Positions 9,166 to 16,641 are shown, counted from the first letter of the stretch. The stretch is 32,000 nucleotides of DNA from Bdellovibrionota bacterium (GCA_046328905.1 JAXLVP010000001.1:2725018-2757017), one strand, 5' to 3'. Notes: generated by a model not told the origin, from the letters alone. Made by a program: numbers and translations.

Positions 9166-9182
9166 AATCGGAGTGGAATGAT

Positions 9183-9542
9183 TTACGACGGCTGCGCCAA
9201 CTCAGCGCGGAGCAGAACGAGCTCCTCTTGGAGCCCGCTCAGGAGCTGTTTGAACTGGTCCATGACGGCATCGCAATTGCCGGAATCGATTGGCTGCTTG
9301 AAGAGCTTCTCTCCATCGGTCGCTAACGCCTTCAGCCGATCGAGCTGCAGAAAACCTGCGCCACCCTTCACGGTATGAAACCGTTCCGAGAAATTCTTTG
9401 CGTTTGCGGTGAGCGTGGCGAGCGGAGCGCCGGTGTCGCTCAGAGCTTCGCTCATGGCGTTCGAGTGCTGCTCCAGCTCAGTAAGAAAGATGACGGCCGC
9501 TTCTTTGAGAATGGCCGGAATCCGTGATTCGACCTGTGTCAT
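9183..9542 (-). CDS. Stand-alone HPt (histidine phosphotransfer) domain protein
   Basis: 119 aa, predicted all-helical, with the canonical HPt motif HTVKGGAGFLQL (HxxKG). Confidence 0.8.
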   Translation of the reverse strand: MTQVESRIPAILKEAAVIFLTELEQHSNAMSEALSDTGAPLATLTANAKNFSERFHTVKGGAGFLQLDRLKALATDGEKLFKQPIDSGNCDAVMDQFKQLLSGLQEELVLLRAELAQPS

Positions 9543-9552
9543 GCCCGGAACT

Positions 9553-10587
9553 CTACCTGGTTCTCAGCACCTTGGCCGGAACTTTTTTGGGGGCAGGGGA
9601 AATTGAAGCCTGTAAGGCATCAGCCATAGCTAATGCGGTTGAGACGTAGGGCTCGGAGCGATTGTAATGGTGCAGCACGTCGCGCTTTTGCGCGAGTGTC
9701 ATTGGCCGCTCGGACCAGCCGTATGAATGGAGGAAGTTCCCCACCGAGAGTATCGAGTCCGCCGGAGAGAAAATGTTGACCGTGCCGTTCCCATCCCCGT
9801 CGACCCCGAATTGCGCGATGTTCCCGGGAAGGAACTGCGGCATCCCCATGGCACCGGCAGACGACCCGCGGAGGTCGAGGACGTCCATCCGTTGATGTTT
9901 GGCAACGGTGAACGCGGCGGCCGTGTGCACGAGAAAAGTGTTCTCAAGATATGCCGCCCGTTCGGCATATCGATCGTAGTGGATGAGCCGGAGAGGGCCC
10001 TGCTTCCGAAGATAGTTCTCTTTGACGTTCTCAGGCGCGGCAGCGGCCGCCAGCCGAGCAAGCCTCGGAAAGATACGATACGAACCGGTATTTTGACCGC
10101 AAGACGTTTCAATCTGGATCAATGCCAGAATTATGCTCGCGGGAACTCCGAAACGTCGCTCGGCCTCACCGAACGAATCAGCGTGCTCCCGATAGAATGC
10201 GAGCGCGTGATTTCGATTCTGAGGCGTGTTCAGCCGGAGATACATCGCGCTTGGTTCGCGCGGTGTCAGACTGTAATAGAGCGGCTCGTAGCTCGGCATC
10301 CGCGAATCTGAAAAGGCCCGCACCAGGGTCAGTGGCTCGACCCCCTCGTCCGCAAGAAGGTCATACAGATGGTCCCAGCCTTTCAAAAAGCCGTGGCGGT
10401 CTTCCTTGCGGCGCGGCGCCGGAAGCTCGTCATTACTGGAAAGGGAAACCGAATAACCGTTCGAGTGCAGCTCCACCGAAGACGCCGAAGCAAGGACGCT
10501 CGGCTGCTCAGCGCGCGCAACGGTCGCGGAGCCGAAGAAAAACAGAGCAAAAGCAAAGACCTGGTGCCTTCGCGGCAGTTGGAACAT
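9553..10587 (-). CDS. Lytic murein transglycosylase, MltB/Slt35-like
   Basis: Motifs IQIETSCGQNTG and GAMGMPQFLPGN, plus a C-terminal region typical of MltB-family enzymes. The N-terminus after ATG 10587 is signal-peptide-like (MFQLPRRHQVFAFALFFFGSATVARA) and has GGGAG upstream. The track's GTG 10617 has no SD. Confidence 0.82.
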   Translation of the reverse strand: MFQLPRRHQVFAFALFFFGSATVARAEQPSVLASASSVELHSNGYSVSLSSNDELPAPRRKEDRHGFLKGWDHLYDLLADEGVEPLTLVRAFSDSRMPSYEPLYYSLTPREPSAMYLRLNTPQNRNHALAFYREHADSFGEAERRFGVPASIILALIQIETSCGQNTGSYRIFPRLARLAAAAAPENVKENYLRKQGPLRLIHYDRYAERAAYLENTFLVHTAAAFTVAKHQRMDVLDLRGSSAGAMGMPQFLPGNIAQFGVDGDGNGTVNIFSPADSILSVGNFLHSYGWSERPMTLAQKRDVLHHYNRSEPYVSTALAMADALQASISPAPKKVPAKVLRTR

Positions 10588-10750
10588 GGCACTCCCAAGC
10601 GTGCGTCCGATGCGCACTCAATGATCCGAGTATAACGCCCGAAAAGCGGAGATGTCGAGATGTTGTAGGGAGGAGTGGAGGGAGGAAAGTCGGCCCGCAG
10701 CGCGGCAGAGAGAGTTCTCGCCGCACCGCGGGTCAACAGGGAGAGGGCGA

Positions 10751-12187
10751 CTAGAAGCGCTTCCAGATGAACTGGTTGGTCACTTCGTGGTGGAACAGAA
10801 TTTCCTCTGTCTTCACCATCGTGCCGAGCTCACGCGGGCAACGATCTGCTGCAGCCTTCTTCAGATCCAAGAACTTCGCTTGGTTGTCTGCGCCGAGCAG
10901 CTCTTTCATGAAGCTGCTTTCGCCGAAGTAGGTCATAGCGTCGTAGATGTTGTCCGGCAGCTTCTTCGCACCTTCCTTTCTCGACTCGGAAGTGAGCTTC
11001 TCCTTCATCGGGCCATTCAAGCCTGCGCTGAACAGAGAGAAGAGCACGAGATATGGGTTTGCATCCGGAGCGACCGTGCGAACTTCCACACGCGCCGACT
11101 TCTCGTTTCCGAGCGGGATACGAACCATTGCTGTCCGGTTAACCGCGGACGACATGATTTGATTCGGCGCTTCGAAGTGCGGATCGAGGCGGCGATACGA
11201 GTTGACGCTCGAGTTCATGATCAAGCAAAGGTCGTTTGCGTTGTTCAGGATTCGATCGACGAACTCCCATGCAGTCGGTGACAGGCTGTCCTGTCCCTTG
11301 GCATCGAACATCAGGTTCCGGCCCTGCCGGGACAGGGAGATGTTCGTGTGCATCCCGCTTCCGTTGATGTTTGCAACCGGCTTCGGCAGGAAGCAAGCGG
11401 TCATACCCATGTCTGCAGCGATCTGGCGCGCGAGCAGCTTGTAGACCTGGATTTGGTCAGCCGCGAGCAGAGCGCTCGTGTACGAGTAGTTGAGCTCGAA
11501 CTGCGACGGAGCAACTTCCGGGTGGTCCTTCTCGTTCTGGAAGCCCATCGCGCGTTGCGCTTCCGCGAACTTGTCGATGAACATCCGCAGAGGATCCTTC
11601 GGCAGCGAGCTGTAGTAACCGCCGTTACAGACGAACTCAAAGCCTGCTCGGGAGTTGTAGTTCTGCTCCGCATTGACGCCGGCGAAGAGGAAGCCTTCGA
11701 TTTCCACTGCGGCGTTCAGGACGGTCTGATCCTTTGCGTAGAGTTGGTCGCAGAGGTTCTTGAGCAATCCACGCATATCGGAAGCGTAGGTCGAACCATC
11801 GCGATCTTTGATGTGTGCGAAAACGAGGACTTTTCCTGGTCCGAACACATCGCTCGGCAGCCAACGGAATGAGCCCCAGTCGATTTCGAGACGGAGGTCC
11901 GATTCCTTGACGACCGTGAATCCTCGGATCGAAGATCCATCGAACGTCAGGTTCTCGTAGGACTTGACCAAGAACTTCTTGTCATAGTCCAGCATGTGGA
12001 ACCGCCCTTCGAGATCCGAGAAGCAGACGGTGATCGCCTTCAGCTGCTTTTGATCCGTGAGGTACTTGAGGAGCTCTTCTTTCAGCTTGTCATCCGGAGT
12101 GCGATTGAGAACTTTCTCCTTCGCCTTCAGATTCAGCTCTTCGAGCTCATCGTACGTGATCTCTAAAAAATTCTTAATGGTCGTCAT
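10751..12187 (-). CDS. glnA: Glutamine synthetase (type I-like)
   Basis: 478 aa with a beta-grasp N-domain (VCFSDLEGRFHMLDY) and catalytic-domain motifs (NGSGMHTNISL, RIPLGNEKSARVEVR). Confidence 0.9.
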   Translation of the reverse strand: MTTIKNFLEITYDELEELNLKAKEKVLNRTPDDKLKEELLKYLTDQKQLKAITVCFSDLEGRFHMLDYDKKFLVKSYENLTFDGSSIRGFTVVKESDLRLEIDWGSFRWLPSDVFGPGKVLVFAHIKDRDGSTYASDMRGLLKNLCDQLYAKDQTVLNAAVEIEGFLFAGVNAEQNYNSRAGFEFVCNGGYYSSLPKDPLRMFIDKFAEAQRAMGFQNEKDHPEVAPSQFELNYSYTSALLAADQIQVYKLLARQIAADMGMTACFLPKPVANINGSGMHTNISLSRQGRNLMFDAKGQDSLSPTAWEFVDRILNNANDLCLIMNSSVNSYRRLDPHFEAPNQIMSSAVNRTAMVRIPLGNEKSARVEVRTVAPDANPYLVLFSLFSAGLNGPMKEKLTSESRKEGAKKLPDNIYDAMTYFGESSFMKELLGADNQAKFLDLKKAAADRCPRELGTMVKTEEILFHHEVTNQFIWKRF

Positions 12188-12208
12188 TGCAATTTTTCCA
12201 ACCGTAAG

Positions 12209-12319
12209 TGGTTAACATTCACAACAGGGGAACGATGGGTTGTATTCATAGCAGACGAACCATTGAGATTCCATCGAGGAACGCGCTGTACAGGGTTAAT
12301 TATACAAATGGTTAACATT
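12209..12319. promoter_or_regulatory. Duplicated 11-bp motif TGGTTAACATT in the glnA upstream region, with a -10-like TATAAT
   Basis: Identical TGGTTAACATT copies at 12209-12219 and 12309-12319, exactly 100 bp apart, each containing the palindrome GTTAAC. A third GGTTAA half-site lies at 12294-12299. A minus-strand TATAAT lies at 12304-12299. Confidence 0.4.
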
Positions 12320-12365
12320 GGCTGTGTCTATGGAAGCGCCGTATTTCCTGTGGGTAGATCCGGCC

Positions 12366-13334
12366 TTACTCGAGGTAGAGATCTCGTGGGACCCAGTTGA
12401 AATATGAGCGGCGAACCATTGCGGTTTGGAAGTTCCGTACCAGACGTGAAAATTCGCTCCGGATCTCTTCGATAATGGCGTTGTACTGGCCGTAATCCGG
12501 AACTTCCATTTCGAGCTCGATTGTACAGTCTCCGAGCTGTTGAATGTAATACGTAATGTAAGGATTGGATGCGCAGTATTCGCGCAGCCGGGCCTGCAGA
12601 TTGAGGTCGTAGCTACGGAGAAACAGCTGCGCTTTGAAAAAGAGCATGTTCAATTTACGGAGATCGAGCTCCGTCCGGTAACCGGTGATGATTCCTTCGC
12701 GCTCGAGGCGCTCTATTCGATATTTCACGATAGCGGCGGTGCTTTCGATTGTTCGCGCGATGTCGACCACCGGTCTTCTCGAATCGCCGGAGAGAATCTT
12801 CAAGATTTCGTAATCCGTTGCGTCGATTCGAGACGACCCAGGGCTGCCGCCGACGACAAACGAATCCTTCCCTTTGCCTGCAAGGTAGTTCTTGCGGAAC
12901 ATCAAGATCTCGACCAGCGTATACATGCCAAAGTTCAGCACGATTTCGTTGTAGGCGGAAAGAATGGTGCTGTGAATCTCGTAGAACTCTTTCGCGTTTC
13001 TCGCGAAGACGGCAATCATCAGATCCCAGCCTCCGTCGCAGAGCGCGATCCAATACACTCGGGGATGCGAGCGAAGATAGGTGACGAACTCCGCCACGCG
13101 GGTTTTATCGTTTTCGAGGCGTAAGTAGGTCTTATACAGCGTGAAGCCAAGCTTATAGATATTCACCGATGTCGTGAAACCGCGAACTATCTTTTGCTCG
13201 ATCAGCCGCTCGAGACGGTATTCCACCCGGTCGCGACCCTGACGCAGCTTCCGGGCGAGATCGGAGGTGGTCTGGCGCGAGTTGTGGTCCAGCTCGAACA
13301 GAATTTTGCGATCCAGACGGTCTAGCTCGAGCAT
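12366..13334 (-). CDS. Tandem (duplicated) Lrp/AsnC-family transcriptional regulator
   Basis: Two consecutive HTH-plus-RAM-like modules: LDRLDRKILFELDHNSRQTTSDLARKL...RLIEQKIVRGF and IDATDYEILKILSGDSRRPVVDIARTI...RLEREGIITGY. I moved the start to ATG 13334, which has AAGGAGG 6 nt upstream, giving 322 aa. Confidence 0.85.
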   Translation of the reverse strand: MLELDRLDRKILFELDHNSRQTTSDLARKLRQGRDRVEYRLERLIEQKIVRGFTTSVNIYKLGFTLYKTYLRLENDKTRVAEFVTYLRSHPRVYWIALCDGGWDLMIAVFARNAKEFYEIHSTILSAYNEIVLNFGMYTLVEILMFRKNYLAGKGKDSFVVGGSPGSSRIDATDYEILKILSGDSRRPVVDIARTIESTAAIVKYRIERLEREGIITGYRTELDLRKLNMLFFKAQLFLRSYDLNLQARLREYCASNPYITYYIQQLGDCTIELEMEVPDYGQYNAIIEEIRSEFSRLVRNFQTAMVRRSYFNWVPRDLYLE

Positions 13335-13634
13335 GATGTGCCTCCTTTCGCAGTCCTCATGTGAACGCGAACGTACCGCGTGTATTTTTGCGGATGGCAA
13401 AAGGCCCTCTTTCGTGCCGATATCCGCGAATACTTCCTCCTTTCATCGCATATTTCGGCAAATTTGGCGACGCTGTTGCCGATTATTCGAATCGCCGTTT
13501 ACGGTGACCATGCTGGCCAAGCCGTTGAAATTTGACATCGCTAGTTTCGAGTAGAGCTCTCGACCTTCCCTGAACGCATCGTCATGCGCTCAGGGGTGGA
13601 AAAGGCAAAGGTTTCGTTACGAAAGGTGTCCGTC

Positions 13635-14219
13635 ATGAACACGGTACAAAAATCAGAGGCTCCGGCGCTGACTCCGCAGCGGCCTCCTCATGTTTTGTTG
13701 GGGGTGACCGGCTCGACGGCGGCGTCGAAAGCGCAGGCAATCGCGCTCGCTTTGCTGCGAAGCGGTTGCGAAGTGCGTGCGGCGATGACCCCGAGCTCAC
13801 AGCAATTCATCCAACCGATGCTGCTCGCAAGCGTGCTGAAAGATCCTGTCTACAGCACGCTCTGGAGCCCGACTCAGGCCGGTGAAACCCATGTAGAGTG
13901 GGCACGCTGGGCGGACGCGATGGTCATTGCCCCGGCGACAGCGACGTGTATCGCCGACCTCTGGCTCGGCGCGTACAATAATCCTGTAACTCTCCTCGCT
14001 GCGAACGTTCCGCCGGACCGGCTGTTTATCGCTCCCGGAATGGCGCAACAGATGTGGGATCAGCCCGCAGTCCGGCGAAATGTAGCGCAGCTTACGGAGT
14101 GGGGCGTTCGGTTTCTCGGGCCCGTGACGGGCCGAGTTGCGTCCGGAGCCGAAGGGCAACGGCTGATGGAGCCTCGCGACATTGCGGCTGCTGTGTGTGA
14201 GCTCCGGTGCGAGCTTTGA
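13635..14219 (+). CDS. HFCD-family flavoprotein, CoaC-like (phosphopantothenoylcysteine decarboxylase-like), stand-alone
   Basis: 194 aa from ATG 13635 (AAAGGTG upstream). Motifs: VLLGVTGSTAASKA (FMN-binding fold), conserved His (ETHVEWARWAD) and PGMAQQMW. Two residues are atypical for a PPC decarboxylase (see findings), so I give no gene symbol. Confidence 0.75.
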   Translation: MNTVQKSEAPALTPQRPPHVLLGVTGSTAASKAQAIALALLRSGCEVRAAMTPSSQQFIQPMLLASVLKDPVYSTLWSPTQAGETHVEWARWADAMVIAPATATCIADLWLGAYNNPVTLLAANVPPDRLFIAPGMAQQMWDQPAVRRNVAQLTEWGVRFLGPVTGRVASGAEGQRLMEPRDIAAAVCELRCEL

Positions 14220-14229
14220 TGCGGTTCTG

Positions 14230-14270
14230 ACGGCGTGCCGAGTATCTCGACACGCCGTTTTCTCGGTTTC
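14230..14270 (+). terminator. Rho-independent terminator after the CoaC-like gene
   Basis: ACGGCGTG (14230-14237) pairs perfectly with CACGCCGT (14251-14258). An inner CGAG/CTCG extension is present. The stem is followed by TTTCTCGGTTTC and begins 11 nt after the stop codon. Confidence 0.6.
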
Positions 14271-14411
14271 TCCTTTCCGCCCTAGAAGTCTTCCATCCGT
14301 CTGCGTTCGGCGGCTGAATGCCTACTCAGCATTCAGGTTCCGAAGGTTTCGGCGACACTCCCCGATCGGCGTACGATTCGGATGGGTCGCTCTCAGATGG
14401 AGGTTTTTGTC

Positions 14412-15221
14412 ATGTCCACTCGTAAAAGCGGTTGGCGTTCGGTAGTTACAGCGGGAAGCACGGTCGGTCGACTCGACACGCTGCGCGGTTCCGAGCAGAT
14501 AGAGTATCTTGCCGGCGAACCATTCGAACGGCGAATCGTGTTTGATTCGCAGAATCCGTTCAAAGGGAAGCTGGGCCTGTACATCGCGCAAGAGCTGTAT
14601 CGTCGCGGTGGGGATGTCGTTCTCATCGCTCGCAAGGACCTGCTCCTCGGTCAAAAAATCGAGCTTCCGGATGAATGTATCCGTCCCTTCTACACGTTCG
14701 ATGAGCTCGAGCGTGAGTTGCCGAAGACCCTGACCGAGACCGATCCTGACCTGGTCTTCATGGCCGCGGCGGTGTCGGACTACGTCCCGGTGTCAATTAA
14801 TGAAGTCTCGGATGCCGAGCGCGAAGGAAAGATCTCCAGCTCGCTGCCGGAGCTCAACGTTCGATATCGTGCGACGCCGAAGCTCATCGACGGAATTCGG
14901 CCGAAGATCCACCCGGTTTCTTCGCTCGTGGGGTTCAAGTTGGTCGTCGGCCTCAGCGAAGCCGCGATGCGCGAGGCTGCACTCACGCAAATGGCGCGAG
15001 CACATTCCAATTTTTGCGTCGTGAACGACTTCCGAGAGATTTCCGCCGATGGCTCCGTGCATCCGCTCAGAGTGTTCTTCCGCTCCGGCCACATGGAGAA
15101 GCTGGTCGGCACAAAGGCGGAGGTCGCACGTCAGCTCGTCGAGCTCGTCGACAACGACTTGGAAGACACCTACATGCAGGTGGGAGGACGCGGTTCTGAC
15201 GCGGCAACGGGTCCCGCGTAA
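14412..15221 (+). CDS. CoaB-like phosphopantothenate--cysteine ligase, stand-alone
   Basis: 269 aa from ATG 14412 (GGAGG 8 nt upstream). Motifs: VVTAGST..RLDTLR, KGKLG, AAAVSDY, GKISS and LVGFKL. A ~16-aa insertion interrupts the N-terminal nucleotide-binding motif. Confidence 0.75.
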   Translation: MSTRKSGWRSVVTAGSTVGRLDTLRGSEQIEYLAGEPFERRIVFDSQNPFKGKLGLYIAQELYRRGGDVVLIARKDLLLGQKIELPDECIRPFYTFDELERELPKTLTETDPDLVFMAAAVSDYVPVSINEVSDAEREGKISSSLPELNVRYRATPKLIDGIRPKIHPVSSLVGFKLVVGLSEAAMREAALTQMARAHSNFCVVNDFREISADGSVHPLRVFFRSGHMEKLVGTKAEVARQLVELVDNDLEDTYMQVGGRGSDAATGPA

Positions 15222-15243
15222 ACGAAAGGTTGCGTGAACCGCA

Positions 15244-15267
15244 CGGCGCACTCGCCCGAGTGCGCCG
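15244..15267 (+). other. Strong GC-rich hairpin between the coaB-like gene and the fusion gene, with no U-tract
   Basis: CGGCGCACTCG-cc-CGAGTGCGCCG, a perfect 11-nt inverted repeat. It is followed by the palindrome CGTTCGAACG (15278-15287). No T-run follows. Confidence 0.45.
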
Positions 15268-15339
15268 ATCCTTCAAGCGTTCGAACGGAACGTTTGACGG
15301 ATCGATAGAAGGTTTTCTCCTTTTCAGAAAGGCATTACC

Positions 15340-16641
15340 ATGAACACCAAAGGCAATTCGGTGTTGGTTGTAAAGTTAGGCACCATTGAGCTCCCTGATT
15401 CAGTGCTCGCGGTCGCTCGGAAGCTGGGTGAGGCAGTCGTTATTGATGTGGCAAACATCGAGGCCCACCGCAACGGCTACGATTATGCAGTGCTCTTCGG
15501 AGACCCGGCACGGCTCGACGCCATCGACGCAGTGCTCGCACTCAAACCCGCACGCCCATTCTTCATCTGGTGGACGTGCGAAGAGCTTCGGGGCGCGGAC
15601 CTGCAGAGGTTGACTCAACGGCTTCGATTGAATGTCCTGATCTCCGCCAATGGTCAGAAGGGCGTCTCTCTGACAACACCGGAGGGCGGATTCATTCAAT
15701 TCGGGACGGAGATTGAAAAGCTGTGCGAGTTCCTCGAGCGGAGAAGAGCCGTCTCATGGTTCCGGACAGAGTCCGACGTGAGCCTCGTCTCCCCGGTTCC
15801 GCTCGAAGCGCGAGAGAAGGCCGACGAGCTGCTCCGATTTGCACATTCGACCCGGCTGCTGTGCAATCTCAATGGAAATGTCGCCGTTCGGCTCCAGCCG
15901 ACGCGCGCCGGCGCTACGAGCTTTCTCGTCTCTCCGCGTGGAGTGAACAAGGCCGCGCTCTTGGCGGCAGATTTGCTCAAAGTGGCGGTCGATATCGAGA
16001 ATCGCGTGGTTCGTTGCCCAGACATCAGCCGGAAATCGTCAATCGACACGGGTGTTCTCGGAACCCTGTTCTCACGATATCCGGAGCTCGCGTTTGTGCT
16101 GCATTTCCATCCGACGGAGGCGATTGTGCTCCCGGTTGCAAACACCGATTTTCCGTTCCCGTGCGGTACTCTGGAAGAGGCACAGGAGCTTGGTCGAGCG
16201 ATCGACCGCTCCGAGCGTGACAGCTTCCTGATTGAGATGGTCCACCACGGATTTCTTCTTGGTGGCACTGAGGCATTCCGGGGGCGCTTGCTCGCGGAAT
16301 GGGCCGAGACGCAAGATGAGTATGCAGATCATCTTCGAGAGATCGACGAATTCGATAAGCTCGCTGAATCGGTGCAGAACCCGATCTTCGTCGGCACCAA
16401 ACTCCTCGGAGTGCTCAATATGCACCGCGACGGCTGGGGGTCAATTTACGTGCGAAAAGCCGAGCGCGGGCGAAAGCTCGGTGCTCAGCTTGCGAGCATT
16501 GCGGCGAATCGTGGCCTGACGATTGGCGCGCACGATCTGTGTCGAGTTGCTGCGTTCTATCGGCGACTCGGTTGGCAGGAAAGCGGACGTGACGGTCGGA
16601 TGACGTACTTCGCTCCTCCTCCGGTTGCTCGACACGGTTGA
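15340..16641 (+). CDS. Three-part fusion protein: unknown N-domain, class II aldolase/adducin-like domain and a short GNAT-like C-terminus
   Basis: 433 aa (GAAAGG SD). Aldolase-II-like core at aa ~157-312: GNVAVRL, FLVSPRGV, SSID, VLHFHP and MVHHGFLLGG, so the His triad is retained. C-terminal GNAT motif A-like segment: IYVRKAERGRKLGAQLA...AFYRRLGW. Residues 1-150 are unassigned. Confidence 0.7.
   Translation: MNTKGNSVLVVKLGTIELPDSVLAVARKLGEAVVIDVANIEAHRNGYDYAVLFGDPARLDAIDAVLALKPARPFFIWWTCEELRGADLQRLTQRLRLNVLISANGQKGVSLTTPEGGFIQFGTEIEKLCEFLERRRAVSWFRTESDVSLVSPVPLEAREKADELLRFAHSTRLLCNLNGNVAVRLQPTRAGATSFLVSPRGVNKAALLAADLLKVAVDIENRVVRCPDISRKSSIDTGVLGTLFSRYPELAFVLHFHPTEAIVLPVANTDFPFPCGTLEEAQELGRAIDRSERDSFLIEMVHHGFLLGGTEAFRGRLLAEWAETQDEYADHLREIDEFDKLAESVQNPIFVGTKLLGVLNMHRDGWGSIYVRKAERGRKLGAQLASIAANRGLTIGAHDLCRVAAFYRRLGWQESGRDGRMTYFAPPPVARHG

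Noticed and set aside
10618-10750. Imperfect GC-rich hairpin (CCCGCAGCGCGGCAG...CGCCGCACCGCGGG, ~10695-10733) as the glnA terminator
   Set aside because: The stem has several mismatches and the minus-strand downstream sequence (CCGACTTTCCTCC) is not a convincing U-tract. It may still act as a weak terminator, but it is not supportable as a feature.
12188-12206. Possible sigma54 promoter TGGAAAAATTGCA just upstream of the glnA ATG
   Set aside because: The GG-to-GC spacing is about 3 nt too short compared with TGGCAC-N5-TTGC, and the element abuts the start codon, leaving no room for a 5' UTR or RBS.
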